NCBI GenBank assembly: GCA_963678065.2
Contig: CAXXVZ010000003.1
Location: 576,001-640,000, forward strand
DNA: 64,000 nucleotides
Source of the DNA: Treponemataceae bacterium
GTDB lineage: Bacteria; Spirochaetota; Spirochaetia; Treponematales; Rectinemataceae
Direction: 5' to 3'
The notes under the pieces are model-generated. The model was not told where the DNA came from, ran no database searches, and saw nothing but the letters and a program-made list of their open reading frames with translations. The position numbers were made by a program, and so were the translations under genes. Position 1 is the stretch's first letter, and the number at the start of each line of letters is the position of its first letter. Below are positions 9,453-18,147 of the stretch, piece after piece.

Positions 9453-10601
9453 TTACTCCGGAATGGCCCGGGCTGCAGCGGCCCTGGACCTCGAATCTAC
9501 TTCGAATATACTGCCGAGATCATCCAGATGCGAAGGCCAATCCAGAGAGAGAGCGGCCTCGACGATGGAGGGGATATCCGTGAAGCGAATCCGTCCCGCC
9601 TCGAAGGCGGCGACCGCGATTTCGTCCGCGGCATTGTAGGCGACCGTGTGGCCCTCTCCCGCGGCGACTGCACGGTAGGCGAGGGCGAGAAGTGGATAAC
9701 GCTCCGGTTCGGGGCGACGGAAGTCCAGACTTCTTCCGGCGAGATCCAGGCGCCCCCAGGCGCAGGGCAACTGTTCAGGCCAGGTCAGGGCGTTCTGAAT
9801 GGGCACCCGCATGTCGGGGTCAGAAATCTGTGCGTAGAGAGATCCATCCGTCGTTCGAACGAGGGCGTGGACATAGCTCTGCGGGTGGACGAGGACCTTG
9901 ACGCAGGAAGGAGCAAAACCGAAGAGGCGCACAGCCTCTATGACTTCGAGGCCTTTGTTGGCCATGCTGGCAGAATCTATCGTGATCTTGCGACCCATGC
10001 TCCAGTTGGGGTGGGAAGACGCCTGGTCGGGTGTGACCTCAGAGAGCAACTCAAGAGGGAGGTCGCGGAAGGCTCCGCCCGAAGCCGTTATGGTGAGTTC
10101 GGCGATCTCTTCCACCCCGACCCGCGAGACAAGCTGAAAGAGTGCGGCATGCTCGGAGTCGACGGGAATGATGGATTTTCCAGCCTTCCCGGCGCAGGCG
10201 CGGAGAAGGCCGTATCCCATGACGACGCTTTCTTTGTTGGCGAGGGCGAGATCTTTTCCGGCCGATAGGCTCGCGAGGGAGGGAGCGAGACCGCCTGAGC
10301 CCGCTATGCCGTTCACGACCATATCAGCATCGGTCTCTGTGACGAGGGCGCACAGGGCAGCGGATACGTCCTGAGCGGGACCGCCAAAGACTCCTTTCCG
10401 TGCCTGGCTCGGGCGCTCCGGGCCGGAGAGAAGTATCTTCGCCGCGGGAAATTCTTTCGCGAGCGCGGAGAGCCCGGCACGGTCACTGTGGGCTGACAGG
10501 CCGGCGATCTCAAAAAGGTCGGGGAAGGCCCTGACAACGTCGAGGGTTTGGCGGCCGATCGAACCTGTGGCGCCAAGGATGATAATCTTTTTTTTGGGCA
10601 T
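9453..10601 (-). CDS. dxr: 1-deoxy-D-xylulose-5-phosphate reductoisomerase
   Basis: ILGATGSIGRQTL, LALANKES, PVDSEH and HPNWSMGRKITIDSA motifs. Confidence 0.98.
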   Translation of the reverse strand: MPKKKIIILGATGSIGRQTLDVVRAFPDLFEIAGLSAHSDRAGLSALAKEFPAAKILLSGPERPSQARKGVFGGPAQDVSAALCALVTETDADMVVNGIAGSGGLAPSLASLSAGKDLALANKESVVMGYGLLRACAGKAGKSIIPVDSEHAALFQLVSRVGVEEIAELTITASGGAFRDLPLELLSEVTPDQASSHPNWSMGRKITIDSASMANKGLEVIEAVRLFGFAPSCVKVLVHPQSYVHALVRTTDGSLYAQISDPDMRVPIQNALTWPEQLPCAWGRLDLAGRSLDFRRPEPERYPLLALAYRAVAAGEGHTVAYNAADEIAVAAFEAGRIRFTDIPSIVEAALSLDWPSHLDDLGSIFEVDSRSRAAAARAIPE

Positions 10602-10603
10602 GG

Positions 10604-11479
10604 CTAAACCTGGTTGAAAAATCCGGCAAAACGAGCGATGAGGAGGAATACCGGAGCGGCGAAGAGGAGGCTGTCGAAGGAATCAAGGAGGCCGCCGCGG
10701 CCGGGAACGATGGTTCCGGAATCCTTGACTCCCACGCTCCGTTTGAGAGCGCTCTCGAACAGGTCTCCTGCGATGACACAAAGTCCCGTCGTGAGCCCCC
10801 AGAGCGAGAGGACAATCCATGACGCATGGATCGCGTCCGGGAAAAGAAAACGAGAGATGAAGGTCGCGAGGACAGATCCTGCGAGCCCGCCTATGAAGCC
10901 CGCGAGGCTCTTGTTCGGGGAGGCGGCGACAATCCCGCGCCTCCGGCCGAGAGTCACGCCGAAAAACCAGGCCAGCGAATCGTTACCGAATGTCATGAAG
11001 GAGAAAGAAAAAATGGCGGCCATTCCCTGCTCGAAACCCGAGGCTATGAGCACCCAGAAGGCTCCGAGAATTCCTGGATAGACGAGCACGAGGCTCATTG
11101 CGGCTGTAGTGCGCATGACCTGGGGCATCTTATCGCGGGAAGTGAAGGCCACCGGAGCAAAGAGAAGGACAGCCGCCAGGCCTGCGGCGAGAAAAAGCGC
11201 CTCGGCTGGTCTTGGCGAACCGGGAATGGCGTCGACATAGAGGCAGGCGATATACCCGGAGAGGGAGATAAAGAGATTTGCCACGATCATTCTGCCCGGT
11301 TTCAGGCTCGTTCCCGAGGTTTTAAGCAAAGTGAGCATCTCGTGGGTGGCGACCGCGACGACGATCAGCGCTATGACGACGACGGGAAGGTGGCGCGCAA
11401 AAGGAAAAAAGATAACGAGGGCGACAAAGCCGGGAATCCCGACAAAAAACAGAAGAAGCCTCTGAAGAGTGTTGCTCAT
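10604..11479 (-). CDS. cdsA: Phosphatidate cytidylyltransferase
   Basis: SPNKSLAG and GDLFESALKRSVGVKDSGTIVPGRGGLLDSFDS signature. Start ATG 11479 overlaps the uppS stop. Confidence 0.95.
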   Translation of the reverse strand: MSNTLQRLLLFFVGIPGFVALVIFFPFARHLPVVVIALIVVAVATHEMLTLLKTSGTSLKPGRMIVANLFISLSGYIACLYVDAIPGSPRPAEALFLAAGLAAVLLFAPVAFTSRDKMPQVMRTTAAMSLVLVYPGILGAFWVLIASGFEQGMAAIFSFSFMTFGNDSLAWFFGVTLGRRRGIVAASPNKSLAGFIGGLAGSVLATFISRFLFPDAIHASWIVLSLWGLTTGLCVIAGDLFESALKRSVGVKDSGTIVPGRGGLLDSFDSLLFAAPVFLLIARFAGFFNQV

Positions 11480-12186
11480 GGTCTCCCGCCGAAGCGACGT
11501 TTCCTTGAGCCGAAAGATTCGATGGCCGCGTCGAGGTCTTCGGCGCAGAAGTCGGGCCAATACTTGTCGGTGAACCAGAGTTCGGAGTAGGCCGACTGCC
11601 ACAGAAGGAAATTGGACATGCGCAGATCTCCCGCGGTCCTGATGATCAGGTCGGGATCGGGAAGTTCAGGCCGATCGAGGGCGGACCGAATCGATTCTTC
11701 GGTTATTTCCCTGCCTGAGCGGGCGACGCGTCGGGCGGCGCGGGCGATTTCATCTCGTCCGCCGTAATTCACCGCTATATTGACAGTGATCCTTTCGTAC
11801 TGTGCCGTGTCCTTCTCGACCTGGCGGATGTCGGCGACGATGCCTCTGTCGAGGCCGTCGGGGTCTCCGGAGTGAACGACGCGAATCCTGTTTTGACGGT
11901 AGAAATCATACTCCGCGAGGAGATAGTTCTTGAGAAGCCCCATGAGGAACCCGACTTCCTCGGTCGTGCGCTTCCAGTTCTCAGTCGAGAAGACGTAGAG
12001 GGAGAGGTAGCGGATACCGGCCTTTTCGGCGGCGAGCACGACGCGTTTTGCCGCCTTCCTGCCTTCCTGGTGCCCTTCTGCGCGGGAAAGCCCACGGTCG
12101 GTCGCCCAGCGCCCGTTGCCGTCCATTATTATGCCGATATGGACGGGGAGGGCGCGCGAGACCTTGAGGACAGGGGATTCCTGCAT
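11476..12186 (-). CDS. uppS: Undecaprenyl diphosphate synthase
   Basis: HIGIIMDGNGRWA, FSTENWKR, NYGGRDEI and RMSNFLLWQSAYSE motifs. Confidence 0.98.
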   Translation of the reverse strand: MQESPVLKVSRALPVHIGIIMDGNGRWATDRGLSRAEGHQEGRKAAKRVVLAAEKAGIRYLSLYVFSTENWKRTTEEVGFLMGLLKNYLLAEYDFYRQNRIRVVHSGDPDGLDRGIVADIRQVEKDTAQYERITVNIAVNYGGRDEIARAARRVARSGREITEESIRSALDRPELPDPDLIIRTAGDLRMSNFLLWQSAYSELWFTDKYWPDFCAEDLDAAIESFGSRKRRFGGRP

Positions 12187-12189
12187 GGA

Positions 12190-12744
12190 TCAGACTTCCA
12201 GGATTTCTTTTTCTTTTTCTTCGAGGGCCTTGCCGACCTGAAGGACAAAAGAGTCAGTGAGCTTCTGAAGTTCCTCTTCTTCCTTTTTGATCACATCTTC
12301 GGCGATGCCGCCTGCCGCGAGCTGTTTTTTGAGATCCTCGAGGCCATCGCGCCTGATGTTGCGGATGGCGACGCGGGATTGCTCAGTCATGGCCTTTGCA
12401 GTCTTGGCGAGCTGTTTGCGGCGCTCCTCGGTGAGGGGCGGAATGGCGATGCGGATGACCTTGCCGTCATTGGAGGGGTTGAGTGAGAGCTCCGACTTCA
12501 TGATGGCTTTTTCTATCTCGACGATGAGGTTGCGGTCCCAGGGCTGGATGACGATGAGTCTCGCTTCGGGAACGGAAATCGTCGCAACCTGGGCGAGGGG
12601 AGTTTTCTGGCCGTAGTAGTCCACTCGGATCTTATCGAGGAGCGCGGGAGAAGCCCGCCCCGTCCTGACGCCATTGAACTCATCCTTGAGGCTGGCCACG
12701 GTTTTCTTCATGCGCTCTTCGCACGCGGCTTTCACGGTACTCAT
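12190..12744 (-). CDS. frr: Ribosome recycling factor
   Basis: VRTGRASPALLD..VDYYG, PPLTEERRK and RVAIRNIRRD motifs; start ATG 12744. Confidence 0.98.
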   Translation of the reverse strand: MSTVKAACEERMKKTVASLKDEFNGVRTGRASPALLDKIRVDYYGQKTPLAQVATISVPEARLIVIQPWDRNLIVEIEKAIMKSELSLNPSNDGKVIRIAIPPLTEERRKQLAKTAKAMTEQSRVAIRNIRRDGLEDLKKQLAAGGIAEDVIKKEEEELQKLTDSFVLQVGKALEEKEKEILEV

Positions 12745-12855
12745 GATTCCCCCTTGCATGTACAAAGGCCCGGCTTCAAGAGCTGCCGGGCCTCGGGACG
12801 GAACGTCATCCCCGTTCGCGGATGGAGTTCCGTCCGGACAGGGATGATGCTGAAC

Positions 12856-13710
12856 TCACTGGGCCTCGCCAACCTTCATGTAGACGAAATCGACGATTTC
12901 GAGCTTGCACTGCGCCTGTTTGGCGACAGCGGCCATTGTGTCGGCGACGGAGACTTTCTCGTCCTTGACGAAACCCTGGTCGAGGAGGCAGATCTCGGAC
13001 ATAAGCTTTTTGAGCTTGCCTTTGAGGATGCCCTGAACGACTTTCTCGGGCTTGCCCTTCATCTTCTCGTCGAGCTCGACCTGCTTCGCGAAGATCTCTT
13101 CCTGCTCCTTGATCCAGGCCGCATCGGGCTTGGACTCGTCGAGGAAGCTGGGGTTGAAGGCGGCGATGTGGAGGGCGATGTCGTGCACGAAGGCGACGGC
13201 GGCGGGGTTCGCGAAGGCCTCGGGCTTGTCTGCCCTGACCTTGACAACGACGCAGAGGTGCCCTTCTCCGTGGGAGTACGAGTGCACATACTCGTTTGTT
13301 CCGGCGCTGACCCGGCGAACGCGCTTCAGGGTGATGTTTTCCTTGATGACGGAGGCGATGTCCTTGACCATGCCCTCGAGCTCGGCGTTGGGGGCATCGA
13401 AGGCCTTTTCATGGGCGACAGCGGCGATTTGGGCGCCGGCGGCCTGGAAATTGGCGTTGCGGGTCACGAAATCGGTCTCACAGGCGATCTCGACGAGGGT
13501 GATGACGCCTTCGCTCTCCACGATGAAGATGCGGCCCTCGTTGGTGGCACGTCCAGCGCGCTTTTCTACGCCGGCCATTCCCCACTCGCGAAGGAGTTTT
13601 TCGGCAGCGGCGACATTGCCGCCCGCCTCGGTGAGGGCTTTCTTGCAATCGAGCATGCCGGCGCCGGTCTTCTCGCGCAGACTCTTTACGTCACTGGCTT
13701 TGATATCCAC
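12856..13710 (-). CDS. tsf: Elongation factor Ts
   Basis: VKSLREKTGAGMLDCKKAL and CETDFV motifs. Confidence 0.98.
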   Translation of the reverse strand: MDIKASDVKSLREKTGAGMLDCKKALTEAGGNVAAAEKLLREWGMAGVEKRAGRATNEGRIFIVESEGVITLVEIACETDFVTRNANFQAAGAQIAAVAHEKAFDAPNAELEGMVKDIASVIKENITLKRVRRVSAGTNEYVHSYSHGEGHLCVVVKVRADKPEAFANPAAVAFVHDIALHIAAFNPSFLDESKPDAAWIKEQEEIFAKQVELDEKMKGKPEKVVQGILKGKLKKLMSEICLLDQGFVKDEKVSVADTMAAVAKQAQCKLEIVDFVYMKVGEAQ

Positions 13711-13730
13711 GGTAGTTCTCCTTCCAGCCC

Positions 13731-14612
13731 TTACTTGGTCTCGTACAGCCTGTCTTCATCCACGATAGGAGAGGCTTCGGGAGCTGCGGGCTCTTCGGCC
13801 TTGACTTTCTCGCTGGCGCTGTAGGTGCTGGGATCGATTTCGACCTCGTCGTCCTCTTCGGCGACGGCGGCGTCGGTCTTGACTTCCTCGGGCTCATCGC
13901 CGGGGAGTGTTTCGATGATCTTGAGGCCTTCTGCGGCGCCGGCCTCGACGACCGCGTTGGCGATGATCTGCGTGAAGAGGCTGATCGAGCGGATGGCGTC
14001 ATCGTTGCCGGGGATGGGATAGGTGATGCCTTCGGGGTTGCAGTTGGTGTCGACGACGGCCACGATCGGAATGCCGAGGCGCTGGGCTTCGGCGACGGCA
14101 ATGGTCTCCTTGCGGGTGTCGATGACGAAGATGGCTCCGGGAAGTTCCTTCATCTCCTTGATCCCGCCGAGATTCTTCTCGAGTTTTGTCTTTTCCTTGG
14201 CGAGACTGGCGATTTCTTTCTTGGTGAGGCTTTCGAAGGTTCCGTCGACTTCCATCTTCTCTATCTTCTTGAGGCGGAGAATGGATTTCTTGATGGTCGT
14301 GAAATTGGTGAGCATGCCGCCGAGCCAGCGATTGTTCACGTAGAACATCTCGCAGCGCTCCGCTTCCTTCTGGATGGCAGTCTGGGCCTGTTTTTTGGTT
14401 CCGACAAAGAGGACGCTCTTGCCGCCGGCGACGATTTTCTGGACAGCCTCGTAGGCTTCCTTGATGGACTGTATCGTTTTCTGGAGATCGATGATGTGGA
14501 TGCCGTTGCGCTCGGCGAAGATGTACTTCTTCATGCGCGGATCCCAGCGTTTGACCTGATGTCCGAAGTGGACGCCAGACTCGAGCAGGTTCTTCATTGT
14601 GACGACTGCCAA
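13731..14612 (-). CDS. rpsB: 30S ribosomal protein S2 (acidic C-terminal extension)
   Basis: [29 protein letters not shown] and [18 protein letters not shown] motifs. Likely TTG start at 14612 after GGAGG. Confidence 0.98.
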   Translation of the reverse strand: MAVVTMKNLLESGVHFGHQVKRWDPRMKKYIFAERNGIHIIDLQKTIQSIKEAYEAVQKIVAGGKSVLFVGTKKQAQTAIQKEAERCEMFYVNNRWLGGMLTNFTTIKKSILRLKKIEKMEVDGTFESLTKKEIASLAKEKTKLEKNLGGIKEMKELPGAIFVIDTRKETIAVAEAQRLGIPIVAVVDTNCNPEGITYPIPGNDDAIRSISLFTQIIANAVVEAGAAEGLKIIETLPGDEPEEVKTDAAVAEEDDEVEIDPSTYSASEKVKAEEPAAPEASPIVDEDRLYETK

Positions 14613-14792
14613 GAGTTCCTCCCACGACCGGATCGTGTGTCCGGTCCCCGTCTCTGATTCTCGTCCCTGACAACGTGGCGCCGATGTGCGGGTTGCCCGC
14701 GGATCACGCGCTTTAGTGTTCCGGCAGTGCCGGAGACCGGCCTTTGGGGGCCGGAGGGACGGAAGATGTCGGCGCACAGGCGCCGATTGTGC
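14613..14792 (-). promoter_or_regulatory. Structured rpsB 5' leader, candidate S2 autoregulatory RNA
   Basis: About 180 nt of non-coding sequence with several hairpins (14626-14646, 14688-14700, 14721-14733, 14769-14786). Confidence 0.5.
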
Positions 14793-15428
14793 CTACCCCC
14801 TGGGGGGAAGGCCGCCTCCGCGAGGAAGCGGGCGGAAATCCGCCGCCGCCAGCATGCCATAAAGCTCGCGGATTGGCAAGCCCACGATGCCGGACCAGGA
14901 ACCTTCGATACGGTCGATGAACCAGGCGGCGAGGCCTTGGATCTTGTATGCGCCTGCTGCGCCTTCCCAATCCCCTGCCATTATATAGAAGTCGATCTCG
15001 TCGGGGCTCATGGGAGCGAATCGTACGAGACTGTCGGAGGATGCCGTAAACAGTTGTCCCGAGCCGCAACAGTAAAGGGCGAGGCCTGTGTGGACGTGAT
15101 GGGTTCTGCCGGCAAGAAGGCGGATCATATCCCTGGCCTCGGCAGCGTCGGCGGGCTTGCCGAGGGCGATTTCAGCTCCGGATTCTTCCAGACAGACGAG
15201 GGTGTCGGCGCCGAGGATGGCGTCACCGGGCGTGAAACCTGATTCGGGCGCCACGAGAGCGGCGGAGCGCGCCTTGCGCTCGGCCAGGGCGAGGACGCGC
15301 GATGAGACTCCGAGATGATCGCAGGCCGATTCGTCGATATCCGAGGGGAGGATGACAGGATCGAAGCCGAGTGAACAGAGGATTTCCCGGCGCCGGGGAG
15401 AAGCAGAGGCAAGGATGAGGCGGTTCAT
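14793..15428 (-). CDS. maf: Maf family nucleoside triphosphate pyrophosphatase
   Basis: LILASASPRRREIL, ILGADTLV, ALGKP, AGAYKIQG and IVGLP motifs. Confidence 0.93.
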   Translation of the reverse strand: MNRLILASASPRRREILCSLGFDPVILPSDIDESACDHLGVSSRVLALAERKARSAALVAPESGFTPGDAILGADTLVCLEESGAEIALGKPADAAEARDMIRLLAGRTHHVHTGLALYCCGSGQLFTASSDSLVRFAPMSPDEIDFYIMAGDWEGAAGAYKIQGLAAWFIDRIEGSWSGIVGLPIRELYGMLAAADFRPLPRGGGLPPRG

Positions 15429-15549
15429 GGGAGATCATGGAAGCGAAGGTGAAAGCCAGGGTCAAGTACCCGCAGGAAGCGGTGGCAGCGAGAACGGCAG
15501 TCGGTCTGAACCGGAACATTCCTCCGCGCCGGCAGAGAAGCGCTTCGCC

Positions 15550-15579
15550 TTGACAGCGGAGGAAGCGGCATACTAGTAT
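15550..15579 (+). promoter_or_regulatory. Sigma70-type promoter for tRNA-Arg
   Basis: TTGACA (15550-15555), 18 nt spacer, TAGTAT (15574-15579), 12 nt before the tRNA. Confidence 0.6.
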
Positions 15580-15591
15580 CCACCTTACCAT

Positions 15592-15665
15592 GAGCGATTA
15601 GCTCAGCTGGATAGAGTATCGGCCTCCGAAGCCGAGGGTCACGCGTTCGAATCGCGTATCGCTCA
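15592..15665 (+). tRNA. tRNA-Arg(CCG); CCA end not encoded
   Basis: Acceptor GAGCGAT/ATCGCTC, D arm GCTC-AGCTGGATA-GAGT, anticodon arm TCGGC-CTCCGAA-GCCGA, T arm ACGCG-TTCGAAT-CGCGT. Confidence 0.97.
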
Positions 15666-15675
15666 CTCTGTGTTG

Positions 15676-15710
15676 GCCACCCCATACGGCTGTATGGGGT
15701 GGCTTTTTTT
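15676..15710 (+). terminator. Rho-independent terminator after the tRNA
   Basis: GCCACCCCATAC-GGCT-GTATGGGGTGGC followed by a T7 run. Confidence 0.9.
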
Positions 15711-15776
15711 CCCCTCCGGCCACGGGACTGGAGCAGTTGTGCAGGAAGAGAGCGGGGGACATCGCTCCCGCCAGAC

Positions 15777-16220
15777 CTACCTGAATTTCCCGATTTCGAT
15801 CTGGACCAAGGCATCACAGAGTTCGTTCGGTTCGATGCCGGCATGCCCTTTGACCCACTCGTAGTGGGGCCTGACTCGGGAAGCTACGGCATCGAGTTCT
15901 TCCCACAGCTCCTTGTTCTTTACCGGTTTCTTGTCGGCGGTGCGCCAGCCATTGCGCTTCCATGAGATGATCCAGGAGCTGATACCGTTTTTTACATACT
16001 GCGAGTCGGTGTACAGGATGACAGGCTGTCCGGGGGCTCTTTGCTCGGCAAGCCCGAGGGCCTCGATGACGGCGCGAAGTTCCATGCGATTGTTGGTAGT
16101 GGGGTTTTCGCCGCCCGATCCACGTACTTCCCCGTTTCCGTCGCGATAGACGAAAGCCCAGCCGCCAGGGCCGGGATTTCCGGAGCAACCGCCGTCGGTG
16201 TAGATTATGATGGGTTCCAT
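15777..16220 (-). CDS. rnhA: Ribonuclease HI
   Basis: IYTDGGCSGNPGPGGW, TTNNRMEL, TDSQYV and WVKGHAG..NELCD motifs. Confidence 0.98.
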   Translation of the reverse strand: MEPIIIYTDGGCSGNPGPGGWAFVYRDGNGEVRGSGGENPTTNNRMELRAVIEALGLAEQRAPGQPVILYTDSQYVKNGISSWIISWKRNGWRTADKKPVKNKELWEELDAVASRVRPHYEWVKGHAGIEPNELCDALVQIEIGKFR

Positions 16221-16339
16221 TCAGGCACCCTACGACGACGACGCCCTCCGGGTCAATGCCGACTTGCGTGGCGCCGGAGATGGCAGGCCGGCGACCCGAG
16301 GCTTGTGCATACAGAGACTAGACTGTAAACTTGTGTTTT

Positions 16340-18142
16340 ATGTCCACCCCATTCAAGGCCATCGGGCCCTATCTGAAAAAACATAAACTTAGATACATCG
16401 CAGGCATCACCTGCCTCGTCATCGTCGATGCCGCACAGGTCCTCATCCCGCGTTTCATCAAAGCGGCCGTGGATCTCGTCTCCGAAGGCGTTTTTGACAT
16501 GGTGGACATTTTCCGTCTTGCCCTCTACATGATTCTGACCGCCGCCGCAATCTCGGCCGGCAGATTTTTGTGGCGCTTTTTCATCATCGGGGCTTCCCGA
16601 CGGATCGAAACAGAGATGCGGGACCGGTTTTTCGCCCACATACTCGGACTCTCGGGCGGTTTCTTTCAGAAAAACAAGACCGGCGATCTCATGGCCCGCG
16701 CGACGAATGACATCGGAGCGGTCCGGCAAGCCCTCGGCATGGGCTTCGTCTCCTTCGTCGACGCGGTTTTCATGTCGGCAATGATCCTCGTCGCGATGTT
16801 CGCGGGGAATTTCAAGGTCGCCCTCTATTCGATCATCCCGCTGCCCTTCATCTCGATCCTCATCTTCTTCTTCGGGCGCATGGTGGGTGGGCGCTTCAAG
16901 AGGGTCCAGGAAGTCTTCTCGAAGATGTCCGACGTCGCCCAAGAGACCATGGCCGGCATGCGTGTCGTGAAAGCCTTTGTGAAGGAAGAGCATTTTACCG
17001 GAGAATTCGCTCGGACGAACGATGAATACTCCTTTGCGACGATGTCGCTCGTCCGGGTCTTCGGTCTGTTTTTCCCACTCGTCAGCTTCTTAGCCGGTCT
17101 CTCCACCCTCATCCTTCTCGCGGTCGGAGGCTCCTCGGTGATCGGCAATACGATGAGCGCCGGCGACATCGTCGCGATGCTCGCCTACCTCGAGATGCTG
17201 ATCTGGCCCCTCATGGGCGCTGGCTTCACGGTCAACACCATCCAGAGGGGCGGGGCGAGTCTGAAGCGACTCTCCGAAATCATGGATACAGTGCCCGACA
17301 TCGACTCCCCCGAAGGCGCGGTCACGAAGACCCCGGAAGGGAGACTCAGTATCGCGGGACTCGACTTCTCCTATCCCGGCATCGAGAAACCGGCGCTCGC
17401 GGGCATCAGCCTCGATCTGGAAAAAGGAAGGACACTCGGCATCCTGGGACGAGTCGGGTCCGGCAAATCCACCCTCCTCAAGCTTCTGCCGCGCCTTGTC
17501 GACCCGCCTCCAGGAACGATTTTCCTCGACGGGATCGACATCAGGCTCTACGACCTGGGCATACTGAGGAAGGCGTTCGGTTTCGTGCCTCAGGATTCTT
17601 TCCTCTTCTCGGACACGGTCGAGGAGAATATCCGCTTCGGCGGCGAGGACCTCTCCGCAGAGCGGTTTGCCCGGATCGCGGCCATCTCCACGATAGACCG
17701 GGATATCGCCACCTTCCCCGCGGGATGGAAGACTGTCGTCGGCGAGAAAGGGCTCACTCTCTCGGGCGGACAGAAGCAGCGGGTCGCGATCTCCCGCGCC
17801 CTGGCCGCCGATCCGGAAGTGCTGGTCCTCGACGACGCACTCTCCGCCGTCGACACGGAAACCGAAGAGAAGATTCTCGCGGCTCTTCTCGATGAAAGAC
17901 GGGGACGGACGAACATCATCGTCTCGCATCGCGTCTCGACCTTACGGCACGCCGACCACATCGTGGTGCTGGATGGAGGAGTCGTGACGCAGAGCGGCAG
18001 CCACGAGGAACTCCTCATGGATCAGGCGGGATTCTACGCGGAAATCGCGCGACTCCAGGAACTCGAGTCCGGAGCGGGGTCCGAAAACCAGAGCTCCGAC
18101 GGGAAAGGCAAGGATTGTGCACCGAGCGGGAAGGGAGCCTGA
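16340..18142 (+). CDS. ABC exporter, fused TMD/NBD (MdlA/YheI-like subunit)
   Basis: TGDLMARATNDI, GRVGSGKST, LSGGQKQR and degenerate Walker B LDDALSAVD. Confidence 0.9.
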   Translation: MSTPFKAIGPYLKKHKLRYIAGITCLVIVDAAQVLIPRFIKAAVDLVSEGVFDMVDIFRLALYMILTAAAISAGRFLWRFFIIGASRRIETEMRDRFFAHILGLSGGFFQKNKTGDLMARATNDIGAVRQALGMGFVSFVDAVFMSAMILVAMFAGNFKVALYSIIPLPFISILIFFFGRMVGGRFKRVQEVFSKMSDVAQETMAGMRVVKAFVKEEHFTGEFARTNDEYSFATMSLVRVFGLFFPLVSFLAGLSTLILLAVGGSSVIGNTMSAGDIVAMLAYLEMLIWPLMGAGFTVNTIQRGGASLKRLSEIMDTVPDIDSPEGAVTKTPEGRLSIAGLDFSYPGIEKPALAGISLDLEKGRTLGILGRVGSGKSTLLKLLPRLVDPPPGTIFLDGIDIRLYDLGILRKAFGFVPQDSFLFSDTVEENIRFGGEDLSAERFARIAAISTIDRDIATFPAGWKTVVGEKGLTLSGGQKQRVAISRALAADPEVLVLDDALSAVDTETEEKILAALLDERRGRTNIIVSHRVSTLRHADHIVVLDGGVVTQSGSHEELLMDQAGFYAEIARLQELESGAGSENQSSDGKGKDCAPSGKGA

Positions 18143-18147
18143 AGACC

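Noticed and set aside
12745..12855. Absence of pyrH between tsf and frr, with hairpins in the gap
   Set aside because: This order is usual in spirochaetes. The hairpins are likely ordinary intercistronic or terminator structures, and no pyrH remnant is visible.
15592..15710. tRNA-Arg as an island integration site
   Set aside because: It is flanked by housekeeping genes, and no duplicated tRNA 3' end was noticed elsewhere in the window.
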